Below are positions 43,139-58,244 of a DNA stretch of 64,000 bases, piece after piece. The translations under genes and the position numbers were made by a program. Location: the NCBI GenBank assembly GCA_963796685.1, contig CAWCMR010000025.1:416001-480000 (forward strand). The letters run 5' to 3'. How positions within the stretch are numbered: the first letter of the stretch is position 1; every line of letters begins with the position of its first letter. The DNA is from an uncultured delta proteobacterium. Lineage in GTDB: Bacteria > Myxococcota_A > Polyangia > Fen-1088. A model generated the notes under the pieces. It was not told where the DNA came from. It searched no databases and saw only the letters and a list, made by a program, of their open reading frames with translations.

Positions 43139-44146
43139 GTGAGCGAAGAAGAGAAGAAGGCCTTGGGTTTTCCTGACAAGCCTGACACGCCTGACAAGCC
43201 TGGCAACGACCAGAGCGGCCAGGGCGACCAAATTTTGCGCGGCCTCATCGAAGGCGGCCGGGCACGCATCGTGGCTGCCACCGCGACTGCGGCCGTGCGC
43301 GAAATGGTCCTTCGCCACCAAACCCTTGGCCTTCCCGCGGTGGCCCTTGGGCGCGGAGCCCTCGCCGGCCTGTTGCTCGCGACCCTGACCAAGGACGACG
43401 AGCAGGTCACCTTGCAGATCCTCGGCAACGGTCCGCTCGCCGGCGTGACGGTGGACGCGCGCTCGTCGGGGCGCGTGCGCGGATTCGTCAAGCGTCCGTC
43501 GGCGGTGACCTGGGATCCTGGGCTCGCCTCGGCGCCACGCCTGGCCCTCGGCGATGCCATCGGCAAACAGGGCGTGGTGAGCGTAACCCGCGACCTGGGC
43601 TTGGCCCAGAACTACAGCGGCCAGGTTGCCATGAGCACCGGCGAGATCGACGAGGAGGTCGAACGCTATCTCAACACCAGCGAACAGATCGACAGCGTCC
43701 TGCACTGCGAGACCCTGCTGGATGGCGAGGGCAACGTCCAGGCCGCGGCGGGCTTGCTGGTGCAAACCCTTCCCCAGGCCCGTGGCGAGGCGGTGGTGGA
43801 ATTCCTGCGCGACACCTTGCGCGGTCCGGCCTTCGCCTCGGTTGTCAAGGAGGCGGTGACACGCGACCGTCTCGACCCCGAATTCATCGCACGAAGCGCG
43901 CTTGGCCAGTGCGCGGACGGCATGCAGGTTCTCGACCGGCGCGAGGTCAGGTTCTTCTGTCCCTGCACGCGCGAGCGGGCCAAGTCGACGCTCGGCCTGC
44001 TGAGCCAGCAGGATCTGAAGGAGATGATCCTGGAAACCAACGAGGCCGAGGTGACCTGCAATTTCTGCGGCCAGCAGTACCGATTTTCCGAGATCGACCT
44101 CGAACGCATTCGCCGCAAGCGCGGGAAGCCCCAGGCGCAGAGCTGA
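43139..44146 (+). CDS. hslO: Hsp33 redox-regulated chaperone
   Basis: DQILRG, GNGPL, YLNTSEQ, FFCPC and VTCNFC zinc-switch motifs; start uncertain (GTG 43139 preferred). Confidence 0.92.
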   Translation: MSEEEKKALGFPDKPDTPDKPGNDQSGQGDQILRGLIEGGRARIVAATATAAVREMVLRHQTLGLPAVALGRGALAGLLLATLTKDDEQVTLQILGNGPLAGVTVDARSSGRVRGFVKRPSAVTWDPGLASAPRLALGDAIGKQGVVSVTRDLGLAQNYSGQVAMSTGEIDEEVERYLNTSEQIDSVLHCETLLDGEGNVQAAAGLLVQTLPQARGEAVVEFLRDTLRGPAFASVVKEAVTRDRLDPEFIARSALGQCADGMQVLDRREVRFFCPCTRERAKSTLGLLSQQDLKEMILETNEAEVTCNFCGQQYRFSEIDLERIRRKRGKPQAQS

Positions 44147-44181
44147 GTCAAGCCAGGCTCGGTGGTGCTACAGTGGCTGGC

Positions 44182-44394
44182 GTGAGTGGAAATTTCCTAC
44201 TTGCCTCCTTGCTGATCGGCTCCGTCGGGATGGGGCTGTTCATGTACGGCAAACGCCAGCGGCGCGCACCTCACCTCGGCATCGGGATCGTGCTGATGGT
44301 GTACCCATACCTCGTCCCGAGCGTGGCGCTCATGTGCGCCATCGGGGTGGCCCTGGTGGGGCTCCTCTGGCTGGCGTCGTACCTGGGCCTCTAG
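44182..44394 (+). CDS. Small conserved membrane protein
   Basis: LLIGSVGMGLFMYGKRQ...GIVLMVYPY, 70 aa with 2-3 TM segments. Confidence 0.7.
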   Translation: MSGNFLLASLLIGSVGMGLFMYGKRQRRAPHLGIGIVLMVYPYLVPSVALMCAIGVALVGLLWLASYLGL

Positions 44395-44416
44395 CCCGCC
44401 TCTAGCCCGCCTCTAG
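44387..44416 (+). repeat. 11-bp tandem repeat GCCTCTAGCCC x2.7
   Basis: Directly visible between convergent stop codons. Confidence 0.8.
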
Positions 44417-44419
44417 TCC

Positions 44420-45496
44420 TTAGAGTGAACCCACGATGGCGCGAAGGTCGGAGGCATAGCGACCGCCCGGCGCGAGCTCCAGGTAGCGCTTGTAGGCTTC
44501 CTTGGCGGCCTTGCGGTGTCCCGCGCTCTGCTCGGCCCCGCCGATGAAGACGTAGGCGTCGGCGGCATCGGGATCCGCTGCCAGGGCTTTGCGTCCCCAG
44601 GCCGAGGCTTGCGCACCTCTGCCGCGATCGAATTCGATCTTCGCCAGCACCACGGCGATGTCGGCCGCGCTGGTGTCCGCGGCAAATGCCTCCGGACACG
44701 CGGCCAAGATCTCCTTGCTGCGCTTGTCGCTCATGGCCTTCTTGCAGCGGCTCAGCACATCGGCGGCGCCCGTCGCAGCGGCAGGGGGAGCTGCAGGCAG
44801 GGCCGCTTCTTTGTCTTGCTTGTCTTGCCCGGCGGCCGCCGGCTTCGCTTCCCCGGACGCTGCCACTGCAGGCTGCTCGGCCGCAGCCGGTGCTGCCTGC
44901 CCCGCGGTGGGAGCCGTCTGCGACGGCGCAGTAGCCAGTGATGGCGCAGCGGCTGCTGGTGGTGGAGCGGACCCGGCAGCCTGAGCTTCGGCAACGGCCG
45001 GCACGGGCGACGGAGTCGGCGCGGCCATCGGCTCTGCTTGCGTGGGCGCCGCGGCGGCGGACGGATTCCCGGCGGTCGGCGCTGCCTGCGCGGCTGGTGG
45101 GACGGCCGCGGGATCCGCCTGTGCGGGCGCCGCGACCGGGGTGGGGCTCACGCTAGCCGCCGGCTCTGCCTGCGTGGGCGAGGCCATGGCCACTGCGGTG
45201 GCGGGATGCGACTTGGCGCGGCTGCTACGCCACAAAGCGAGGCAGCCGATGATGGCGATGCACGTGCTGCCGACGGCAACGCCCATCATGAACTGGCGCG
45301 AGGGCATGAGCTTCTTGCGAAGGGACGACTCGTCGAAGTCGTCGAAACGCTCGACCTCGACCCCGACGCCGGCGCTCACGTCGTCGCCCTGCTGGAAGAA
45401 CTTGGTTTCGAAGGTGTCGAACTGGCGCTTGGAACCGCCCTGGATGGAAGGGGTGGCGTCAGGCGCTAGCGAGCCACTGTCAGTCTTTGGATTCAT
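44420..45496 (-). CDS. Single-TM protein with Pro/Ala-rich linker and C-terminal TPR
   Basis: TM segment, PA-rich spacer, KALAADP..ADAYVFIG...AYKRYLELAP.G. Confidence 0.8.
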   Translation of the reverse strand: MNPKTDSGSLAPDATPSIQGGSKRQFDTFETKFFQQGDDVSAGVGVEVERFDDFDESSLRKKLMPSRQFMMGVAVGSTCIAIIGCLALWRSSRAKSHPATAVAMASPTQAEPAASVSPTPVAAPAQADPAAVPPAAQAAPTAGNPSAAAAPTQAEPMAAPTPSPVPAVAEAQAAGSAPPPAAAAPSLATAPSQTAPTAGQAAPAAAEQPAVAASGEAKPAAAGQDKQDKEAALPAAPPAAATGAADVLSRCKKAMSDKRSKEILAACPEAFAADTSAADIAVVLAKIEFDRGRGAQASAWGRKALAADPDAADAYVFIGGAEQSAGHRKAAKEAYKRYLELAPGGRYASDLRAIVGSL

Positions 45497-45599
45497 TTGG
45501 TTGCCTAGTCCGGGCGGTTTGAGCGAAGCTTAGAACGAAGTCATCAAAGGAACGAGCCATCGAACGTCGATTTCCACGACACGGGGTGTTTTCCAGCAC

Positions 45600-46283
45600 A
45601 TGAAAAATCAGCTCGTTCTCGGCATCGACGAAGCAGGCCGTGGCCCAGGGCTTGGTCCCCTGGTGCTGGCCGCGGTCGCTCTCGATGCTGATGCAGAAAG
45701 GGTGCTCGCGCAAGCCGGGGTGAGGGACTCCAAGGGGTTCGGCTCGACCAGCGCGGGGCGACAGGCGCGCGCCGAGCTGGCCACCCTGATCCGCGAGCAC
45801 GCGCCCTGGTGCGCGGTCGAAGTCTGCGAAGTGCCCGAGGTGGACGCGTACGTCGCGCGCTCGCAGCTCAACCTGCTCGAGCGCGAACGCGCCGAGATGC
45901 TCATTGGCCGGGCGCCAGCATGCGCGCGCATCATCGCCGACGGCCGCGTCCTCTTTGCGCCTCTCGTCGTGCGGTATCCGCACCTCGAGGCCGTGGATCG
46001 AGCCGAATCGGCGCACACGGCGGTGGCGGCAGCCAGCATCTGCGCCAAGGTGCTGCGCGACGAGCTGTTCGAGACCATCGCCAGTCGCTATGAGCCCGAG
46101 TTCGGTGCCCTGCGCGGCGGCGGATACGTCAACCCGGCGACGCTGGCCTTCGTGGCCGAGTACGTGCGGCGCCATGGCCAATTGCCCCCCGAGGCACGCA
46201 AGAGCTGGCCGTGGCGTGGCGTGCCCGACCTCCCCTGTCACAATTCCCCCACAACGGCTTTGCCTGCGCCGTGGGTGCGCTAG
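45600..46283 (+). CDS. rnhB: Ribonuclease HII
   Basis: GIDEAGRGP, RDSK, ADG, VAAASICAKVLRD. Confidence 0.88.
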   Translation: MKNQLVLGIDEAGRGPGLGPLVLAAVALDADAERVLAQAGVRDSKGFGSTSAGRQARAELATLIREHAPWCAVEVCEVPEVDAYVARSQLNLLERERAEMLIGRAPACARIIADGRVLFAPLVVRYPHLEAVDRAESAHTAVAAASICAKVLRDELFETIASRYEPEFGALRGGGYVNPATLAFVAEYVRRHGQLPPEARKSWPWRGVPDLPCHNSPTTALPAPWVR

Positions 46284-46299
46284 TATACCCCGCCTTACG

Positions 46300-46818
46300 A
46301 TGACCATGACACACACCGCCGAGCTCTCGGTCGACGCAACTCGAGACGCAACTCCCGAAGCTGTCGTCCTCGACGAGCTGCACATGCGCACGGCCCTGGC
46401 CGCCGCCGAAAGGGCTACGCTGTCGGGAGAGGTTCCGGTAGGCGCCGTGGTCGTGGTGCGCGGCGAGGTCATCGCGGTCGCGCACAACCAGCGCGAGACC
46501 AAGAACGACCCGACTGCCCACGCCGAGATCGTCGCTCTGCGCGCAGCCGCGGCCGCACTGAACAGCTGGCGCCTGGTGGACGCGGACCTGTATGTCACCA
46601 TGGAGCCGTGCCCCATGTGCGCAGGCGCCATCGTCAACGCGCGGGTGCACCGCCTGGTTTACGGCTGCGACGATCCCAAGGCTGGGGCGGTTCGAACGTT
46701 GTTCCAGCTCCTTGACGACCAGCGCCTCAACCACCGCGTGGACGTGGTGCCCGGCGTCCTCGGCGTCGAGAGCGCGGCCCTGCTCAAATCCTTTTTCTCG
46801 CGCCTGCGCCTACGGTAG
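46300..46818 (+). CDS. tadA: tRNA adenosine(34) deaminase
   Basis: GEVPVGAV, DPTAHAE, TMEPCPMCAGA, DPKAGA, LNH. Confidence 0.95.
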   Translation: MTMTHTAELSVDATRDATPEAVVLDELHMRTALAAAERATLSGEVPVGAVVVVRGEVIAVAHNQRETKNDPTAHAEIVALRAAAAALNSWRLVDADLYVTMEPCPMCAGAIVNARVHRLVYGCDDPKAGAVRTLFQLLDDQRLNHRVDVVPGVLGVESAALLKSFFSRLRLR

Positions 46819-47034
46819 CTGCGAGCCCGGCGCGCCGGGCTCTTGACGCGAAGGCACGATGGGGGTTACGATAGACATCTGCACGCCAGAAGCCGAGGCT
46901 CCGACCTTGAAGCCTTGGAGCAAGCAGAGCGACATGCGCGATAATCGAGTAAATCGGTTCCGAATAGAATCTTTCTGCGCGCACACGGGAAGGCGCCACG
47001 TCGGCCGTAACATCAAATAGCTAGGAGAATTGGC

Positions 47035-48550
47035 ATGGGTAAACAGAGGACCTGGTCTACATCCGTTTTCGTGTGGCTCTTCGGGCTCGCGAGCGCTTTC
47101 GCCGCTTGTGGCGGAGGCTCCGGCAATCCCGGTGGCACTGGCGGTACGGTCGGACCGTCCACCCTGCCTGCGGGCACGGGCGTTTGCCAAAACACCTGTA
47201 CCAAGGACTGCAACCAAGACCAGGATTGCGATATGAGCACAGGGGAACTGTGCTGCAACCTTGCGCCGGCAGGTAAGACCTGCTTGCCAGCCGCCGAATG
47301 TCCCAAGCAGTGCAGCTCGGACACCCAGTGTGATACCGCCAGCGGTCAGTCTTGTGGCCGTCTCAGTCTTGCGGTTCCCCAACTCTACTGTTCCGATGCG
47401 AGCAGCACCATTCGGGCGTGCAGCAGCGACAGCAATTGTTCGACGGGCGATGTGTGCTGCACCATCTACAACCAGCCCATCTGTTTGCCGCCCTCGGAGT
47501 GCCCCAAGGCCTGTTCCGACAGCACCGCGTGCAACACGACGAACGGCGAGATCTGCTGTACCTCGGTCCGCAGCATCGAAGCCAACCTGAGCGTCGACGG
47601 TTTGTGCCTGAACCCGACCTACGAGAAATGTCCCCAGACCTGCACCACCTCGGCGGATTGCAATTCGGCTTCCGGATTGCTCTGCTGCAACGGCCTCTGC
47701 GCCTCGACCTGTGAGAAGACCTGCACGCAAAGCAGCGATTGCACGGGTCAGATCTGCTGCAAGTCTGCGCTGACCCGAATCGATTCACTGAGCACGCACG
47801 TGTTTACGGTCGGACCGACCTGCAAGGGAACGCCCTATTCCTGCTCGCTGTGTGCATCTTACGGGACGTGCACGCTGTGCCCAGGCTGTAGCTACCCGAC
47901 GGGGGGAACGTGCAGCGGAACGCCGGATTCATGCTCCTATTGCGCATCCTACAATGGCTCGTGCAGCAGCTGCCCGGGCTGCACGTCAACTGGGACAAGC
48001 GGATGCAGCGGGACGCCTTACTCGTGCGCAGAGTGCGGAGCGTACTCCGGATGCAGCTCCTGCCCCGGGTGCAGCCTCTGGCACGGCAGGATCCTGCACG
48101 TCGCTGCTCTCGTCGTCCTATCCGTGCTCGACCTTCGATTACGACAGCTCCACGTGTGCGTCCATGACTGGCTGCACCTACAACTCGAGCACCAGCTTGT
48201 GCACGGGTACGCCCGTCGCCTGTACGAGCATCACATCCGCCACCGAATGCGATAGCGACATTGTGTGCATGTGGTCGTCGAGCAGCTGCACGGGCACGCC
48301 CACGCCCTGTTCCAGTATCACCACCTCGAGCACCTGCTACGCCAACCCGGGATGTTCCTACTCTTCCTCCGGGACCTGCACGGGCACGCCCACGCCTTGC
48401 TCAGGCCTCACCTCCAGCACCTGCGACCAGAATCCTGGTTGTTACTACTCATCCTCTTCCTCGTGTTCGGGCACGCCCACGGCGTGCAGCCAACTGTCCA
48501 CGACCACCTGTAGCTCGAACCCAGGTTGCTATCTGAGCACGACTCCCTAG
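47035..48550 (+). CDS. Extremely Cys-rich repeat lipoprotein; +1 frameshift near 48075
   Basis: AGGAG RBS, lipobox FAAC; CxxxxDC...CC repeats, then CxGTPxxC...PGC repeats continuing in the frame of ORF 47852-48550. Confidence 0.8.
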
Positions 48551-48692
48551 CCTGCGTGGTACGTGAGTGCCGTCGGACCCGGCCCGTCGGCGCTCACGAA
48601 GCTTGGCGCGATGACCTTGGGGCACGTGGTCGGAGGTGCCCCGTGAAACGCGCCGGATGGGCAGCTGTCGCACCCTGCCTCTGCGCCCTTCT

Positions 48693-49475
48693 TCACCTCT
48701 GCGCTCTCTCCGAACCGGGACGGGGCGCGGTGGTCATGGGCTCCTTGAGCCCCCGCTGCTCGCGGCTGCGCAGGTCGGTGATGGCGCCGGCCAAAGCCGT
48801 GGCGATGGCGCGCTGGCCTTCCTCGGAAAGTAGATACGGTCCCTCCTCGGGGTGGTCGAGAAAGCCGATCTCCACCAACACCGCGGGCATCTCAAGCCCT
48901 TGCAAGACATCGAGGGTCGCGCCTTCTTGCTTGATGCCGCGGTCACAATCGTGCCCCAAGGCATCCGCAAGACGCCATTCGATGCGGCGGGCGGCGGCCA
49001 GGCTTTGTTCCGCTGCGGCCCTCATCTGGTGGCCGGCCCAGGCTGCTTCGCTGTCATCGGGGGCAAGCAACGCCACGCGAGCCACCTCCTTGTCTACTTC
49101 ATCGACCGGTAACAGATAGATCTCGAATCCCTCTTGGCTGCCCGGCTTCTCCGCGGGGCCGGCGGCGTTCGCGTGCAGGCTGATGAAGAGCCGCGCCCTT
49201 GCCTGGTTTCCGCAGCGCACGCGCGCCCGGATGGGCAAGTACGCGTCGGTGTCGCGGCAAAGCACGACCTTGAGATCCTTTTCGGAGGCCAGCATGCGCT
49301 GCACGCGCTTGGCGATGGCCAGGGTCAGGTGCTTTTCGAAGTAGCCCGGCCTCTGCGTGGGCGCCCCGCGATTCGATCCGCCATGTCCCGGATCGATGAC
49401 CACGATGAACCCTGGCGCACCCGCACCCGCCGAGAGGAGCAGCGAGAACGCAAGGGTGACGACGCCGAAGGCCAT
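48693..49475 (-). CDS. N-acetylmuramoyl-L-alanine amidase (Amidase_3)
   Basis: IDPGHGG, EK, FISLHAN, PAVLVEIGF. Confidence 0.93.
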   Translation of the reverse strand: MAFGVVTLAFSLLLSAGAGAPGFIVVIDPGHGGSNRGAPTQRPGYFEKHLTLAIAKRVQRMLASEKDLKVVLCRDTDAYLPIRARVRCGNQARARLFISLHANAAGPAEKPGSQEGFEIYLLPVDEVDKEVARVALLAPDDSEAAWAGHQMRAAAEQSLAAARRIEWRLADALGHDCDRGIKQEGATLDVLQGLEMPAVLVEIGFLDHPEEGPYLLSEEGQRAIATALAGAITDLRSREQRGLKEPMTTAPRPGSERAQR

Positions 49476-49609
49476 GGAAGGCCAGCTTAGCAGTGGCAGG
49501 GAGGGACCTCCATTTCAATCCCCGAGGAACGCCTGGCCAACGCTTGGCGAACGCCTGGTGGATCGTCGGGGTTCAAGATTCCAAGGGGAACCGGCGATCA
49601 AGTACCAGC

Positions 49610-50899
49610 ATGAAATCCGCGTTTGCATCTCTCGCTCTGGCTGGCGCAAGCCTCGTGCTGGCACTGCCGGGCACGGCCACGGGCGAGCTTGCGTCGGGGC
49701 TGCACAAGACCGTGGTGACGGTGGAAGCACCGGTGGCCATTCCGCTCAGCGAGCCCTTGCGCGATCGCTTTGGCCTGGGCACCATGCCCGCGCTCTCCGC
49801 TGCCGTCCCGGTTGGGCCGTGGACGCTCCTCGGGCTGCGGCTGCGCGGCGGCTTCCTTGCCAACGGGCCGGCGCCCACCAATCCCGCCATCAAGGATCCG
49901 GGCACGGGCGGTCTCGTGGCGCTGACGGCATTGGCCAGGTTTCGGCCGCTGGCCGGGCACCATCCCGATTCGCGCGCCGTGGGCCCGTGGATCGAGGTCG
50001 GCGCGGGGGCCGGTCTGACCGGCAGCCTCACGCGCGCCGTGGCCGAGGCCGCGGTGGGCTGGAATTTCCAGTGGCGTCCCGTGACCTTCGGTCCCTCGCT
50101 GCGCTACCTGCAGGTGGTGCAGCCGGCGAGCAGTCTCGACAGCGCGGACGCGCAGCTCGTGCTCGCGGGCCTGGACATCGTCCTGCACGACACACACCAG
50201 GCCCAAGCGACGACGCCTGTCGTGCCGCGCGACGTGTCCGTCGAAGTGGCCAAGGCTTCGGATCGCGACGGCGACGGCATTCCCGACGCGCTCGACAAGT
50301 GCCCCGACGAGCCCGAGGATAGAGATGGCTTCGAGGACGAGGACGGCTGCCCCGATCCCGACAACGACAAGGACGGCATCCCCGACGCCGCCGACGCCTG
50401 CCCGAACCAGCCCGAAACCGTGAACGGATTCCAGGATGAGGATGGCTGCCCGGACAGCGCGCCTATCGTGGTGAAGGAGAACCGCATCCTCCTCACCGAG
50501 CTGGTGCTGTTCGACACCAATCGGGCGCGGGTGAATGCCGAAGGCCGCCCCGCCTTGGCCGCGGTGCTGAACCTTTGGAAGCAGCATCCCGAGTGGGACT
50601 ACCTGGTGGTCGATGGTTACGCCGATCACCGCGGCCCCGACGGCTTCAATCTCTGGCTCAGCCACTTGCGCGCCGAGCGCGCCATCAAGGTGTTGGTCGA
50701 GATGGGCTTCCCCATCGACAAACTGCGCATCCGGGCCTTCGGCCACCGCCAGCTGCGCGTCCCGGGCGACACCGAGGAAGCCGACAGACAGAACCGGCGG
50801 GTCGAGTTCGTCATCGTCAAGAAAGGCGAAGCTCCCGGACCCGACGCCGCGCCCACCGAACCGCCGGCCCAGGCACAAACAGGAGCTGACGAGCCATGA
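49610..50899 (+). CDS. OmpA family protein with TSP3 repeats
   Basis: Signal peptide, beta-strand N-domain, DRDGDGIPD/DEDGCPD repeats, DGYAD...RAE...NRRVEF. Confidence 0.9.
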   Translation: MKSAFASLALAGASLVLALPGTATGELASGLHKTVVTVEAPVAIPLSEPLRDRFGLGTMPALSAAVPVGPWTLLGLRLRGGFLANGPAPTNPAIKDPGTGGLVALTALARFRPLAGHHPDSRAVGPWIEVGAGAGLTGSLTRAVAEAAVGWNFQWRPVTFGPSLRYLQVVQPASSLDSADAQLVLAGLDIVLHDTHQAQATTPVVPRDVSVEVAKASDRDGDGIPDALDKCPDEPEDRDGFEDEDGCPDPDNDKDGIPDAADACPNQPETVNGFQDEDGCPDSAPIVVKENRILLTELVLFDTNRARVNAEGRPALAAVLNLWKQHPEWDYLVVDGYADHRGPDGFNLWLSHLRAERAIKVLVEMGFPIDKLRIRAFGHRQLRVPGDTEEADRQNRRVEFVIVKKGEAPGPDAAPTEPPAQAQTGADEP

Positions 50900-52317
50900 G
50901 CGCGCGACGCGGAGTGCTTTGGCTGGCGTTGCTGGCCCTCCCGGCGTGCCTCGACCCCATCGTGGGAACCGAGTGTGCGACCGGCTACTCGCCTTGCCAC
51001 GGGACGTGCACGGCCAGCGGAACCTGTGTGGGCCTCGATGCCGCAAGCGCGACGGTACCCGACGCCGAGGCCATCGACGCGGTCGCTACGCTCGACAACG
51101 CGGCCTCGGATACGGAGGGTGTCCAACCGGAGGACGCCCAATCAGAAGATGCCCAACCGATCGACGACGGGCAGACCGTCGAGGGCGAACCGCCAGACGC
51201 GGTCATCGCGGCGGACGTACCCGTGCAGGATGATGTTCTGTCGCAAGACGATATCCCCTTGAGCGACGATGGCAGTCCTTCGCCTATCCTCATCGTCGAC
51301 GCGGCCGTGGAGCAAGAAACACCGGAAAGCGGCGTCTTTTGCACGGACTGCGTAGACGCGGAAGGCACCGATGCCGACGCCGGCGAGGCCGGCAGCTACG
51401 ACGCCGACCCTTCGCTGGCCATCGACGGTGCCCTGGTGTGCGCCGACCCGCAGGTGCTCTGCGGCGATCAGTGCGTGGACCCGTCCTTGGATCCCGAGAA
51501 TTGCGGAGTCTGCAACAATCTCTGCGCCTCCGGCGTGTGCAACGACGGCAATTGCCTGATGTGTCTGGCCGAGGAGTCCGTGTGCGGGCGGCGGTGTGTG
51601 AACCTGGCCACCGACCCCGACAACTGCGGGCTCTGCGACCTTGCATGCATGAGCGGCCTGTGCAGCGACGGTCTGTGCGAAGCCGCGGGCACGGGGCGCG
51701 CCATCGTCCTTGGCCACGACTACCTCAAGAACCGGCCGGCCATGAATCGCATCCTGGGGAACGCCGTCTTCTTGTGGCCCGTCAATCCGGTTCACCTGCT
51801 GGTCTACGAAGGCAATGCCAACGCTGCCGCCATCGCGGGTGCCGACGCGGCCATCGCCCAAGTGGCCAATGCCACCGGCCGACAGTGGGTACGCACGGCC
51901 GCCGCCGCCGCCGATGTCCCTGCCCAGCTCGCCGCCACCGACGTCTTTCTCATCTATGGTCAAGAGCTGGCCGACGATGCGACGCTTGGCCAGCTCGGCT
52001 CGGATTGGTCCGCGGCGCTGCTGGCCTTCATGAGCGCGGGAGGGACCGTGGTGCTGTTGGACGGCGCCTACGCGGGCAACAGCGGGACCTGCCAGATTCT
52101 GGCGGGGCCGGGCCTCTTTCAGGTCACGCGCTCGGATTCGGTGACGGGTGACGTGTGCACGGTGGTCGCCCGCGGCGATGCCCTGGCCACCGGGTTGCCG
52201 CGGACGTACCTGTGCGAAGAGAACAGCACCAGCTTTGTCGTCACCGATTTATCGGATAACATCACGGCGGTTGTCCAGGATGTCGATCGAACGGTCGTCG
52301 TACGCAAGCTCTTCTAG
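50896..52317 (+). CDS. Cys-rich lipoprotein (DPxNCG repeats, acidic linker, C-terminal alpha/beta domain)
   Basis: ATGA overlap with ompA; lipobox LPAC; CVDPSLDPENCG and CVNLATDPDNCG repeats. Confidence 0.8.
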   Translation: MSARRGVLWLALLALPACLDPIVGTECATGYSPCHGTCTASGTCVGLDAASATVPDAEAIDAVATLDNAASDTEGVQPEDAQSEDAQPIDDGQTVEGEPPDAVIAADVPVQDDVLSQDDIPLSDDGSPSPILIVDAAVEQETPESGVFCTDCVDAEGTDADAGEAGSYDADPSLAIDGALVCADPQVLCGDQCVDPSLDPENCGVCNNLCASGVCNDGNCLMCLAEESVCGRRCVNLATDPDNCGLCDLACMSGLCSDGLCEAAGTGRAIVLGHDYLKNRPAMNRILGNAVFLWPVNPVHLLVYEGNANAAAIAGADAAIAQVANATGRQWVRTAAAAADVPAQLAATDVFLIYGQELADDATLGQLGSDWSAALLAFMSAGGTVVLLDGAYAGNSGTCQILAGPGLFQVTRSDSVTGDVCTVVARGDALATGLPRTYLCEENSTSFVVTDLSDNITAVVQDVDRTVVVRKLF

Positions 52318-52335
52318 CCCGCACTCTTCACCACC

Positions 52336-53754
<1,419 letters not shown>

Positions 53755-53762
53755 GGAAGACC

Positions 53763-54828
53763 ATGGCACGCCTCGACGAGCTCTTTCGCTTCCTCAAAGA
53801 TACCAAGGGATCGGACCTGCACCTCGGCGCGGGCCTCGCGCCGCGTATCCGCCGCCATGGGCACCTGGAAAAGGTGCCCGACTGGCCGGTGCTGGGCGAT
53901 GCGGATCTGAGACGAGCTGCTGGGCGAGATCGCGTCGCCCAAGCAATGGGAACACTACACGGCGAACCTGGACCTGGATTTCGCCTACGGCCTCGAAGGC
54001 GTGGCGCGCTTTCGCGCCAACTACCTCAATCAGGAAAACGGCGCGGGCGCGGTCTTTCGCATCATCCCCGAGGAGATCATCCCGATCGACAAGCTGAACC
54101 TGCCGCCCGCCACGCTGGAGTTGGCGAATCTCGAACATGGCCTGGTCCTGGTCACCGGTCCGACGGGCTCGGGCAAATCGACCACGCTGGCGTCCATCAT
54201 CGACAGGATCAACCAGACCCACGACCGCCACATCGTGACCATCGAAGACCCCATCGAGTTCGTGCACCCCAACAAGAAGTCCACCATCTCGCAGCGCGAG
54301 GTCGGCACGGACACCGAGAGCTTCGCGTCGGCGCTGCGCGCCGCCATCCGCCAGGATCCGAACGTCATTCTCGTCGGAGAAATGCGCGACTTCGAAACCA
54401 TCTCGCTGGCCATCACCGCCGCCGAAATGGGCGTGCTGGTCTTCGGCACACTGCACACCAACAGCGCCAGCAAGACCATCGACCGCGTGATCGACGTGTT
54501 CCCCACCGATCAACAGCGCCAGGTGCGCTCCATGCTGGCTTCGTCCCTGGCCGCAGTAGCATCGCAGTTGCTCCTGCGTACCGCCGACGGCCAGGGCCGC
54601 GTCGCAGCCCTGGAGTTGCTCCTGCGCACCTCGGGCCTGGCCAACGTCATCCGCGAGGGCAACACCCCGATGATCAACTCCATCATCCAAGGTGGCAAGA
54701 GGGATGGCATGCAGTCCATGGACGACGCCCTCTACGCCTTCGCCAAGGAAGGCCGTATCTCCGGCGAAGACGCCTGGCTCAAAGCCAGCAACAAAAAGCG
54801 CTTCGAGGAATTCGCCCCGCCGGGCTAG
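53763..54828 (+). CDS. Second PilT/PilU-family ATPase; +1 frameshift near 53913
   Basis: MARLDELF...GSDLHL joins RFRANY, GPTGSGKST, GTLHTNS, ANVIREG. Confidence 0.88.
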
Positions 54829-55012
54829 CAGGACGCCTTTCCACGACGGATACACGCCCCCAATCGGGAGCGATGACGGGTGGTCGTTGCGACTATCGCG
54901 GGATGATGGCCTTCGCTTCAGTGACTAGATCCCGGCGTTAGCGGTTCCCGCGTGATAAAGTAAAGACAACCCACCCGGGTATGTCGTCGGCACCACGCCG
55001 TCAAGGAGACTG

Positions 55013-57109
<2,097 letters not shown>

Positions 57110-57122
57110 CCCGAGAAACCTC

Positions 57123-58232
<1,110 letters not shown>

Positions 58233-58244
58233 GAAGGAACCGTC

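Noticed and set aside
46819-47034. tRNA or SRP RNA downstream of tadA
   Set aside because: No cloverleaf, T-loop or SRP motif was recognisable.
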